A stretch of DNA of 58,819 bases, counting the filler, from Sphacelaria rigidula (taxonomy: Eukaryota): the NCBI GenBank assembly GCA_964200075.2. It is 10 parts of 10 records of this genome, joined end to end, with 100 filler letters (N's around TTAATTAATTAA, not from the genome) between each part and the next. Parts side by side here need not be neighbours in the genome. Positions count along the whole stretch, not along the records: positions 1 to 5,793 come from CAXNAA020024428.1; positions 5,894 to 11,685 come from CAXNAA020024429.1; 8 more parts are not named here. One strand, 5' to 3'. The translations under genes were made by a program, and so were the position numbers. Shown here piece after piece: positions 1-10,906 of this stretch (positions are counted from its first letter, which is position 1; the number at the start of each line of letters is the position of its first letter). A model generated the notes under the pieces. It saw only the letters and a program-made list of their open reading frames with translations, had not been told where the DNA came from and did not search any database.

Positions 1-22
1 GGTTCGATTCCTGTCGGACGCA
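1..22 (+). tRNA. 3' end (T-loop, 3' acceptor strand, discriminator A) of a tRNA or tRNA-derived SINE head, truncated by contig start; acceptor strand resembles tRNA-Arg
   Basis: GGTTCGATTCCTG (B-box/T-loop) followed by TCGGACGC-A and a pyrimidine run; 5' half lies outside the window. Confidence 0.55.
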
Positions 23-192
23 CTTTCTTCGAAGAAAAAAGAGGAGAGAAAACCTCTGTAAAAAATTGGCCCAAAAAATGGGTGGGTGGGGGTATAGCCT
101 GGTGGCTATATTTAAAATCAATGCACCGAATACGAAAGTGGATGAGCGAGCGTCTTGTCTTTACAATGAAAGGTATCTTTGCTCCGGTGCAA

Positions 193-629
193 AACACGGG
201 ATCTTACAAATTGGGGATGGATTTTTTATTGGGGATGAGAAACCCAGAGGATTAAAATCTTCGTATCCACACCAAATCTTCGAAATATGATTCCACCTCT
301 TCACCTACTGATAGCTTTTGATAATTGCTACACGCCATAGAAATTTGGATTTCGATCACCGAAATGTTCGGGTCCTATGTGAAAAACCAATTTTGGGGAA
401 TTTCGGGTGTCCGAACGGACGCCAAAATGTTTCCGGGATTTGCTCTTCATTTAGGACCCCAACATTTCGGTGATGGAAATCCAAATTTCTATGGCGTGTA
501 GTCAACAGTCATCAGTAGGTGAGGAAATGGACCATATTTCGAAGATTTGGTGTGGATACCAAGATTTTAATTCTCCGGGTTTCTCATTACCAATAAAAGA
601 TCCATCCCCAATTTGTAAGATCCCGTGTT
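193..629. mobile_element. Non-autonomous DNA transposon (MITE/foldback) with ~190-bp TIRs
   Basis: AACACGGGATCTTACAAATTGGGGATGG... at 193 is the reverse complement of ...CCATCCCCAATTTGTAAGATCCCGTGTT ending 629; GCAA duplicated at 189-192 and 630-633. Confidence 0.85.
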
Positions 630-1446
630 GCAACAGGAACCAAAAGGGCAAAATGGCAGCTGGTGGCCTCACCAAATGAAACCAACTTTCTCGACAGTCC
701 CAAGAATCCACACCCTCTGGGACGCAGATGGGAAAAAACCAAGTGTTCCGCTCGCTCGAGGTATGAGAAAGGCCGCGATCTAACGACAGTTGACAATATT
801 TCCGTGAGATTGAGAGTACAGCGTTGATTGAGAGTGGGTATTATCATTCGCATAACCTTGACCAGTGTTTCATTCAGTGTGTGCTTATCTTTGCCTGCAT
901 CACTGGCGTGTACTTACAGCCGCACGTCAGTATCCTACTCAGGGATATCAAGGGCCTCAGTGGCAAGCTACTACAGAAAGCGTATCGGGCCTCCTGGAGG
1001 TGCATTCGGGACTGAAACGACTCTTTTACTTGTCGATCGCTTCTTACTCTCTCAATCGCGCCCTTTACTCTCAATCTCACGAATATTTTGTTAGTTATGA
1101 ACTAACGAGGCAAACAACTAATTTCATCTCATCCGAGCTCGCGACGCACAGGTGCGTCAGTGTGGGCAAAAATTCTGACTCGACCGTGATTCCAGTGAAA
1201 CACAATCGATAATGCTGACGGAATTATTGATTGAAGCGGATGTGACGAACACTATCCCCCTTGAACTATTGCTATCCCCGTTACGCTAGAAAAGGCCCTC
1301 ACGATGCCGCTTCGGTGCAGTCTTCTGCCAAAAAGGTTAGGTTGAAAATTTTAAAAAGGCGTTTGAACGTATGCACTGTCGACGATGCCCCCCGGCGCTC
1401 CCTGGCTGTGCGTATCTGGCACATTATGCAACGCACGATGGTCAGT

Positions 1447-4047
1447 TTACCACTGATCGCTGGGTTTCATACTTGGCTCCGCTGGTCGCTTCGCTGCCGC
1501 CCTAGCCTGCGCCTGAGCCTCCTCCGCCTGATGAGTTGGCATTCAGATTTCCAAACAAATTAGACTAGCATACAGTCATTTTATTCCCAGCGAAAATGTG
1601 TGTGACCAGCACAACTCAGACGTGGCAATGAAAAAATTGAGGACTTCACGCTGTCAGCGAACGGCATCGGTAAGGCGGTGAAAACGCCTGTATTCCAACA
1701 CCTTCATGGGCAAACCGCTTGCTCACATACATTCATCACAGCAACACCGTTCGATCGGGTATCAAGAGATATTAGTACTTGTGAACGAACACCCATGGAT
1801 ATTCTCAGTTACACACTTGGCAGAAAACACACCCATTACTCAAACACTGATCGTCGATGGGGGAGGTCGTCGATGGGGGAGGTTCGCTGAAAAGAATACG
1901 CCGAACCAGCGAGCAGAGTCAGATTCCTCTTCCGTTTTACCCTCGTGTCATCTATCTTCACGTACCTCTTTGCGCTTTGCTCTCTCTTCTTCCTTGATCT
2001 TCTTGACCTCGAACTCGTGGCAGGAGTTGATGCCGAACCTTGGAAGTCTGGTGTACACGAGCACCGGAAGAAGGTGTCAGACCCGATTGTAAAGCGGTCA
2101 CGCGAGACAGGAATACAATCGCTTCGATTGACTGCAGAAATTCATTGGAATTGAAATCAGCTTGTCCCAGGACGTACCGACACGCTACAAAGCGTATCAT
2201 CGACCTCACAGCATTGATGTAGCGAGCTGGACGACTGTGCTGCGTTGAGTATGCTTCGCCAAAATGCTAGACGCTACTTCACACGAATTCTCGGAAGCAA
2301 CGCTTAGGTTCTTCCTGCCTCCGCCAACATCCAGGCTGCCTACTCTCAATTTTGATCAAGTTGTACTGTGCAATACGAATGGATGTTGAAATGACACGCG
2401 TGACGGGTTCCGATGTGATCGTGCTCGGAAGCCGATGTTGAACTCGGTGACTTTGGTATCGTTTCCCAACGCAAACACTTACTCTACACTTACTCTGACG
2501 GCTTCGCCACTGGAGCATCCTGCCAGAAGTAAGGGTGGTCGAGCGCCTTCGCTGCCGACAATCGCCTAGAAGGATCCAAAGTTAAAAGCTTGTCCACCAG
2601 ATCTACACCTAAGGAGTCGAACCTTCCAGAGGTTCATGTTAAGGATGACGATTGAACTGGGCGTGAGACAAATCCATGATGCATAGCTTCTTACCCCGTG
2701 TACGCAGAGGTCAAGTGTGCATATTCTGACCAAACGGGTTCTTGTTGCAAAAACATACATCGTCCTGACCGCGGTCGGCGGGTGCTTCCGCAAGCGCACA
2801 TACAGGCAGGCGAAAGATCGGCACGAATTATACGAAGCTAGCGATAGAGGACAAGTAAAGTAACGCCATGGGATCTGATCCACAGGGCAAAATTGGAGTC
2901 ACAGATGAAGGTCACAAATTATACGAGAAATCACTCTTCTCGTGAGCAAGAAAAACGTATCTGCCTATTTTCGTACTTGCGAGTGGACGTTTGTGCACCG
3001 AAGATGCACCTCCCAGTATATCTTGTACACCAACAAGCAACTTTTGTTGCGGACTCGTCGGTTCTACGCGGCACGACAAACCTACACCGACAACAATCCG
3101 ATGAGACCACAACACTGAGTACTGCGCTGAATCGAGTCGACAACTGCGACGGCAGCTGCAACCCAAAGTCATTTCAAGGTACAAATCCTACGCGACCCGT
3201 CAATGTAAGGCACAGCTCTCTGCAGGCCATGACGACGTGGGATGGGACGCAGCAGTGCGTAGTACCTTCAACACTGCAATCCACGCCATCTGGATACCGG
3301 ACAGCCTTACTCCTTCTCGAATAACAGAAATAGAGCTGGACTCTCCACTTGATTTTATGCAAGTACTGGGAACACATAATGAGCTCACCTAAACTTTGTA
3401 CGGAGTGATCGCTCCTTTGGCTTCTGTTCCGCTGACTGCGCCATCAGTTGCCAATCTGGGAGCTGAGCATGGAGGGGGGCGACACAGCAAGAGGAATGTG
3501 CGGTGCGTCGAACTTCACTCGGCGACATGTGGCATCGCCTTGCGGTGCTGCTACTCAACCATGACCCTGCACTAGACTCTTACCTGCGAACGATCCGGCC
3601 AAGACTCATCCGTGGGAGTTCCGCAGAGAGAAAATATCAAGTCCAGCTGCTCCACCTCTGTGGTTCCTGGTAAAATAGGTTGGCCATGCAGCAGCTCGGC
3701 AAGGATACATCCCACAGACCACATATCCACAGCAGGACCATACTGAGATGGTAATAGGGTCGGAACGAGGAGTTGATGTCAAGCAAAACAACTGTTCGTC
3801 GCTGTTGTAGGCGGGTGCCTCGCGCAAGCAACTGGCCGCGACGTATCCAAATCGCATGGCCGCTAGTGTCGGCTGCAACCACACCGGTTAGTATTCACAT
3901 GAAGCGTCGCTAACGCTTTCTTTACACGACCCCTACCTTGGTCGTCCGAAGAAGAACCTCTGGTGGCCTATACCACAGGGTGATCACAGTGGGCGTGTGA
4001 TGGCTTTGGTTGTCGTGGAAGGAGCGAGCCAGTCCCCAGTCACCAAC
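1447..4047 (-). CDS. CDKC: Cyclin-dependent kinase, CDK9/CDK12/13 (CDKC)-like, C-terminal half; 5' exons not in this contig
   Basis: Exons read manually: 4047-3937 [37 protein letters not shown]; 3742-3584 [53 protein letters not shown]; 3462-3389 LPDWQLMAQ...RTKF; 2622-2494 [35 protein letters not shown]; 2047-1966 [21 protein letters not shown]; 1527-~1447 AEEAQAQ... (3' end uncertain). GT-AG junctions with consistent phases. Confidence 0.9.
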
Positions 4048-5516
4048 CTGACCAGCGGGGATATACGTGGTTCACGAGACCAGTTAGTGGGTCGCTCAAG
4101 GGCAGGTACCACCTTCTGAATTAGTGCAATGTGACAGTTACACTGTGGTTGCAATGCAGTGACAATATATTGATCACTACACAGCATGAGCGAGGCCGAA
4201 ATGGGCTCATGGTGGTTGTGGCTTTTCCTTTTTCTTGAAGTTTGCGATTCGAGGGTTTTTCGCGAAATCCACTCATGGGAATCATGGCGACCGAACCGAG
4301 TACCAGAAGAAATGTAGATGCATCTTCACCACAGGTTTTCGGTTCCGCCTGCAGAAGGTTGCTCTTGTGCAGTAATCTTGTTGCCAAGACACCCCAAAGC
4401 GAGGCGTGTTTGCTCTCTTATAATATAGGGCGACGATTTCGCCGCGAGCCCGGTGGTATGCAGTTACAGAGTGCTTCCCATGGGCATGATGACTCTGTCA
4501 TGTTGAGCTCTTGTACCATGCCCTACCGGTTACGTAAGGTGCTAGAGATCCGTCTAAAGCAGATGCGAGTGCCTTGGGGTCCCGTCCGCTCGCTCATGCT
4601 AGTGGCGGAACAGCTTTCTGTGACGTGTTCGGTTCTCCCTGGTTTTGACGTGTACACAGGTGATCTTCGTGCATAATGTATTTATACCTTGCGCCCTCCA
4701 CAGGTGGGCACTGCGGAATGGGGAGTGCTGGGTGCTGCTTCACGTGTCCATGTGTGCTCTGCGGGGGACGTTGATTTAGTGTAATCAACACGCAGTGTCA
4801 GGTGTCGGTGCTTGCTGGCTTTGGTCCGCAAAAACAATATGTTGCCATTCTTCTGCTGGCATTTTGGGATAGGCAGTAAGGTTTATAGGGCTTCAGTCAC
4901 CTATCTTCAACACGAGAATGTAAATGCCGTCGCAGTTATCATCTGCGCCTCTAGAACTAAAATGAAGTGGGTTTTATGCACAGATGACAAAAACAATTCC
5001 AACCGCAACAAATCGAGCTACATGCATGCGGTCAATTTACGTGAAAATTCGTTTGCACGAACCAGTGATCTACTAGTGAGCGTCGTGTGGACCCTGTTGC
5101 AGCTGCCTTGCAAGTGGAGGACGAGGTCGCGCTGCCTCCGAGCCAAAACGTCCAGACACTGTTTTACACGGATTCACCTGGGGACTGAAATAGAAACCGC
5201 GGTCGTAGGAGAACATGGTGAGCTACAGCCGAATTTTCAGCGTCATTGGATAATCGAGATATCGTATCATGGTGTCGAAAAAATGCCCTTTCTTCGCACG
5301 TACTTTTGCCGAAAATATGCTTGGCGAAAGCTTACTTTTCTCTGCACTTTCTGGCTGCCACTTCACTAGACTCCTACGTGACCCCCTTGGTGGCTTCCAG
5401 CAGAAGAGATGATCCCAGAACACTGCATGGGGGAAGTAAGCACGAGCGTTGAAATTGCTTTTGTACGATATTTTTCACTTTATTTCAGGATCAAATGCTA
5501 AATGATTACATCGTAT

Positions 5517-5793
5517 GTTTGTTCCTCAACTCTACACATGAGTTACCGCCGTAGCTTTGAGGGAACATTGAGAGCTTGTTACAACAACAGGAAAGGATGA
5601 CGAACAAGAGCAACTCCAAGCAACGTCGACAGCACGGTTTGTTCTTCAACTCTACACATGAGTTATCGCCGTAGCTTTGAGGGAACATTGAGAGCTTGTT
5701 ACAACAACAGGAAAGGATGACGAACAAGAGCAACTCCAAGCAACGTCGACAGCACGGTTTGTTCTTCAACTCTACACATGAGTTATCGCCGTA
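5517..5793. repeat. 120-bp tandem repeat (~2.3 copies) running into contig end
   Basis: Unit GTTTGTTC(C/T)TCAACTCTACACATGAGTTA...GACAGCACG repeated at 120-bp period, near identical. Confidence 0.95.
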
Positions 5794-5893
5794 NNNNNNN
5801 NNNNNNNNNNNNNNNNNNNNNNNNNNNNNNNNNNNNNTTAATTAATTAANNNNNNNNNNNNNNNNNNNNNNNNNNNNNNNNNNNNNNNNNNNN
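5794..5893. other. Artificial 100-bp contig spacer (N44-TTAATTAATTAA-N44); same spacer at 11686-11785, 17578-17677, 23470-23569, 29362-29461, 35254-35353, 41146-41245, 47038-47137, 52929-53028
   Basis: Identical linker with stops in all six frames; intervening segments are 5793, 5792 (x7), 5791 (x2) bp. Confidence 0.98.
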
Positions 5894-6130
5894 CCCTGAA
5901 CCAGACAAAATTTCGCGAAAAAAGTGCACCCCTACCGTAGCATTGCTCTGTCCAGAAACCCCCTTTTGAAAAGGAGAGTTCAGGAAGTGTTTTTGCTCTT
6001 CCTGAAATCCCCTCTGGTCCTGTGCACGTTGAGGATTTTTTGGAGGGGGTGGTATCGCAACGACCAATCACCAGTCGTTTCTCAAAAAGGGGATTTTGAA
6101 AAAGGGGATTGTCCCCTTCGTTAACCCTTA

Positions 6131-6401
6131 GACCGCGAGATTGGTCTTTCTGGGCCATGCATACTCTTTTTCACTTGAAATTGATGCCGATTCAACAGAA
6201 GACTAACCTCGCGGTCTGAGGCCAACTCTTGTGGGAGCGTTTAAAATGTTATTTTGCAACAATTTCAGAGGTTTTTTTTTTTTTCTTTGCTATCATGGTG
6301 AACGGGCACAAAATACACAACTGCGGCAAAGGAAAAAAAAAGAGGTCGTTTAAAATTATTGCAAAAAAATCAAATTCTAAACGCTCCCATAACAGTCGGC
6401 C
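6131..6401. mobile_element. Two abutting PIF/Harbinger-like MITEs (6131-6216 and 6220-6401)
   Basis: TIR pairs GACCGCGAG..GTC/GAC..CTCGCGGTC and GGCCAACTCTTGTGGGAGCGTTT/AAACGCTCCCATAACAGTCGGCC; flanked by TTA, TGA, TAA in CTNAG context. Confidence 0.65.
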
Positions 6402-6569
6402 TAAGGACCCTAATTATCATCACCTGTTCCCATACCATGAATTTTCCGAGAACTATCTTCACCCTCCCACATGGTGAACGATACTGAAAAAAACAGACAA
6501 GCAATCGCCAGGAACAAGAGATCGGCAAGTCAGGGATAAGGGACCAAGAACAATGCTCTACGTATCTGG

Positions 6570-7690
6570 CGTAGGCTATGATGAGTTAGGGTTGGTGCTG
6601 TCGGTCCCAGGTGCTGTCGGTGCATCTTGGCCTGCAGCTTTTGCGTGCCGAATCGCTGCCTCTGCGTCATCCATTTGGCACCAGTTAGTTCGCCATAAAG
6701 CTTTCTGCTCCCTGTTCAACGCAGCTGTGCCACTCTTCTACTGCATTCAAGGCTCTGATAGTCCACCCCTGCCATTCAATACCGAACGCCCCTGAACGCC
6801 TTCATGTCTTCCGCTAGGTAGCGGATCCAGTCCTTGTGCCCGCCGTGAAACTCTTTTCCTTGTCCCGTCACGACTATAATTTCACCGAACATGACGTGTT
6901 TCGGTATCCGTCCGGGTGTAATGCGTGAGAGGACCGCGTGCTTAGAGGACCGCATCTGAATTTGAACATGGGGTTAGGGTTAGGGTTAGTGTTGGGGTTG
7001 AGGTCAGGGGCGTGGTACCTGCAGGGATTGGCCCGATTGGTGTAAAAAAATGTCGATCCTGGGGTGTTTTGGACTACGCCGCGGCCCTCTAAGCACGCGG
7101 TCCTATCACGCATTACACGGGTGTCATACTCGTGACGAAACTGGCGATGGAGTCTCCTCTTTCTCACCTTCGTCTCGATGCTTTCGCACCCTGTCCTCGC
7201 GAGGGTCTCTCGGTATGACAGAACGTGGTCTGTGCGATTGTGCTTGTGCCATCCAAGGCAGCGCCTGAGCAACGCATGGTGGGCCGTGCGCAGTAGATTG
7301 TAGAGGGCGTTGAGAGGGGTCCATGTGACGCACCCGTACAGGAGCGCTTCGGCAGCCTCGGCTTTGATCATGCGGACCTTGAGGGGGACGGCCGCGTTCG
7401 GTCGATTGTACAGTTGGACTTTGTACTGTGGTAGTTCGACCATGCCCGTTGTACGCGCTTGTTGATTTCCACCGAGAGGTCGCCGCTCTCCGTATTTGAC
7501 CCCCCCTTGTATACAAAGTTGTCTGTTTGTTCGTATACCTGGCCAGCCGCGTTGATGTCGAGGTGCCCAGCCTGTGAGTGCAGTCGCATGGTCTTCTTCG
7601 TCTTTGCTTCGGACACGGTCAACCCGAACTCATCAGCACAATCGCCGCCATCATCGTCCCGAGGCTCGATGATGTCCGCGAGACGATGCA
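6570..7690 (-). mobile_element. Decayed non-LTR retrotransposon (LINE, RTE-like) 3' part of RT ORF
   Basis: Fragments MTVSEAKTK..., FVYKGG..SGDLSVEINKRVQRAW, LKVRMIKAEAAEALLYGCVTW, RIPKHVMFGE, KDWIRYLAEDMKAF; frameshifts; interrupted by MITE at 6917-7117. Confidence 0.85.
6917..7117. mobile_element. 201-bp MITE with TGT...ACA termini and 4-bp TSD (Ginger/TDD-like signature)
   Basis: TIR TGTAATGCGTGAGAGGACCGCGTGCTTAGAGG / CCTCTAAGCACGCGGTCCTATCACGCATTACA; CGGG at 6913-6916 and 7118-7121; removing it restores the LINE frame (SMTPGRIPKH); second copy end at 11616-11685. Confidence 0.9.
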
Positions 7691-7789
7691 GGCGTGATCG
7701 GCGTACAGCATATACCCCATAGTGGCCGTACCTCTTTCACCGCGAGTGCTGTGGCCACGTCTGGCTCACGGTCGGCCCATGCTGATCAC

Positions 7790-8040
7790 AGGCTGGATTT
7801 TTGCAATAAGCTAATATGAGGTCTAATATATAAAACATCTTGTTTTGCGAGCTGATCGCAAAGATCGATTTTTGCAGTAAGCTAATATGAGATCTGATAT
7901 TATATCTCTTGTATTACGAGCTGATTGCAAAGATCCAGCCCGTGGTCAGAAGCAGCTAGTATGATATCTAATACGAGATCTCTCGTATCACGTCGTAGCT
8001 GATTGCAAAAATCCGGCCCGTGGTCTGGAGCAGCAAAAAA
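7790..8040. repeat. Degenerate ~70-bp minisatellite-like repeat
   Basis: Recurrent AGCTGAT(C/T)GCAAA(G/A)ATC and TTTTGCA..AAGCTAATATGAG motifs. Confidence 0.6.
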
Positions 8041-8146
8041 AAAACAGAATAATAAAACGAAAAAGAAGGAAATAAATGATCAGAAAAAGACAGAAGCAGC
8101 GGCCTAAGAAACGAAAGAAGAAAGGAAGCAGCACACACAACAATAG

Positions 8147-8167
8147 CACCACCACCACCACCACCAC

Positions 8168-8236
<69 letters not shown>
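8147..8236 (+). repeat. Compound trinucleotide microsatellite (CAC)n(CGC)n(CAA)n
   Basis: Direct reading. Confidence 0.95.
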
Positions 8237-10469
8237 GCACACACACAAATACAAATGCAAATACACACAACAAGATGATCATCTCGCATTACGTGGCTGA
8301 TTGCAGCACTCCAGTTCGTGATCAGAAAAAAACAGGGGAAAATTGATGAAAGGAAAAAAAGACGCAAGGAAAGGAATTGAACACAAGAGACAAGAAGACA
8401 GAGCCAGGGTCGTTTGATGAAAAAAAGTATCTCCCGAAACTCTCTAATATGCACGCACGTGCCCACTCACTGCGAGTAACTTCAACATCTTGGCTGGGCG
8501 GCCGAGGTGGTAGCAAACTGACACCCTCTGTAGCACGACGAGCACAAAATGCCAATGATCACCATTACCACCATCTCAACGCAGGCTAGATGATTACTGG
8601 GTGTACAAACCCCCTGGAGTGTTTCACATGACGACGAGCTGGGTCATCTGGCAGTGATTTTTGAATGAAGAGTGGCGATGCGATTGGCAATTCGGAGAGT
8701 TAGGCGCTGAAATGTTGATACGAGATTTTCTTTTTGTCATCAACCCGCGCAACCCTATTATTTATTGGGGGTGCAGAGAAAAAAAAAAAACGGGAACTTG
8801 AAACGAGTTGAAGTATTCAGCAAATACAGGGGGGAATGAAAACAAACGGCTGCATCCAGAACAACATTGTGGGCACTCGCATCCAGGACATCCTGGTAAA
8901 GGTTCGGCCAGAAATACCTCGAAGTGGGCGCAACATCGCACTTTTCGTGTGGAACGGCCGCGCCCACTTCGGACTTGTCTTCGTCCAATAGAAGCTCATC
9001 TACGGTATAGCTCGTATACAGAAATTCAGCATACACAAAGACTGGCAAAGATTCAAGTACGAAGAATCCAAGGTATCAACAACAGTTTGGATAAACAGTT
9101 GAATACTGCGTAGTATCCGTAGTATCCAAGAGTTTTGTCGAGAGATTCGACATAGCCCTACGCTCTCGCTGTCAGACGCGACATACCTCAACAAGTAAGC
9201 CTACCAGCTTGTCTTCGGTTTTCTGTAGAGTGAGACTGATTGTGTTTTATTTGAGTTCGGCGAAGCGAGTTGACAAGTTTAAAACGCATTTTCTTTTATT
9301 GCACAAGCAAGTTTTCAACCAAGACTGTGCAGCCTCTGCGAGCTCTCTTGTGTCAGAGCTGGGCTCATCGCTTGGACCAATTAATTGCTCTTGTCACGTC
9401 GATAGTTGAACATTGTGTATTTTGTACGCAGGCCACGACAGCCATATATTTCCATCGGAGCCTCGCCACGTTTATAGGTTTGGACCTCAATACGTGACTA
9501 CAGCATAGTGCCGTAGTCTTCGGCACCAGAAACAAGGACGCCCCATCAAGGACATCAAACTGCAGCAAGGAAGGAGCGTGGTCGTCCCGTCCACCAGCGA
9601 GGATATCCAGCGAAGAATTGAGGTGTGGGCAGAAAGTTCCGTCACGAAGATAAAGAAATTTTAGGCCAAGAAACATTGAGATGTGAAAAGAAGGAGCACA
9701 GATGGTATACAGAGCGCGACGGATATAAAGAATTTCGTAGTCAAGATTCTCAGGCTCGTTTTTTTCAAATTTAAGGATCTACGGGTAAGCATTTGTGCTG
9801 AACTCAAGGGGAAAATAAGAATTAGAAATATGAAAGTGCAAGGGCGGCGGCAGGTGAGAATCTCCAAGAATGCACTGCACACCTCATAATTATGAGAACA
9901 AAATTGCCTCCACAACCACCACGGCTCCATCAGGCCCCCAAGCAAGCTGCTTCCTCTATTCAACTGCATTGATATTTACTGGGACACCCAATGGATAATG
10001 ACAATCTGTACAAAACATGTACAGTACTGTACTGTATTTGTCCCGGTTTTGCCTTTCGGAACAAGACTGGTTTACGTACTGCCTACTGCTGGCACATGGT
10101 ACAGTACTGTACCTGCAGCCCCTTTTGGCAGAGGATAGGAGTAGGGGGCACCTCGAATGCCCATTCCTCCCATGCCTGTGCAAAACGAGAATGTCAAAAT
10201 TAAGCATTTATTTGGCGTTTTGCACCTCTTCAAACGATACGAATTGGGACTGAAGCATTTCTACTGAAATCCGAGACAAAATAAGATGCCGATCCTCGCT
10301 CCAAATAAGAGTTTCTGAACATCTGTCGTGCTCTGTTACGGATGGATTTATCTGGACAGTCATCCGTTACTTTCATAATAAAATTTCCATCTTCTGCTTC
10401 CATGGGTGTCAAACTGTTTACTGGGATCCTGACTTGATGAGACAGCTGCGGTAACAACGGAATAACTCA

Positions 10470-10906
10470 TCTGGAGAGCCATCCCACACGCGGACATTTG
10501 TCTACCTTCAAACCTCCTCCAGGTTGGTAAACTTTCCGAGCCTCCACAGGAATTGAACGCCTCCGGAGGGGTGCGCCGCCCTCCAGAGGAGACTTTTTGT
10601 TTCCTCCAGAGGGATTAACCCTTTCACGGCGACAGTAGGTCGTTTTTTGAATTGGCGTCAATTTCACCCGAAAAAAGTATGCATGATCCAGATGGAATAC
10701 ACCGTCAACCGGTTAAACGCCTCCGGAGGTTTATTTTTGCCTCTCGAGGGCCGCGTATACCCCAAATTCCTCAGGAGGGGCGCGCTGCCCTCCGGGTCGG
10801 TAAAGTTTAGTGTCCTCCAGAGGAATTGAAGGCCTCCGGGGGCTTGATTTCCTCCTGAAGGGCCGCGCATCCCTCCTGAGGCATTTGGGGGTTAGCGAAA
10901 TGGCCA
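10470..10906 (-). repeat. Interspersed repeat with internal CCTCCGGAGG/CCTCTGGAGG palindromic subrepeats; second copy at 52467-52740 (+)
   Basis: GGCCATTT.GCTA...CCAAA(A)TGCCTC..A.GGGATGCGCGGCCCTTCAGG is shared by both copies on different contigs. Confidence 0.8.

Noticed and set aside
4348..4375. Candidate CDK exon LLHKSNLLQ preceding VGDWG
   Set aside because: Spacing fits, but it needs an AAG acceptor and a poor GCGGAA donor, and no HRD exon was found upstream in the contig
5517..5793. CRISPR-like array
   Set aside because: Units are contiguous 120-bp repeats with no unique spacers, no cas genes, and a eukaryotic context
5838..5849. Recurring TTAATTAATTAA motif at fixed period
   Set aside because: Synthetic six-frame-stop linker inside N spacers
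6971..6990. True telomere
   Set aside because: Only about three TTAGGG units, internal to a MITE
7968..8466. Poly-Gly/Ala/Cys/Asn ORFs (also poly-Q/N/L/V ORFs at 29565-30110)
   Set aside because: Translations of microsatellites; open in all frames
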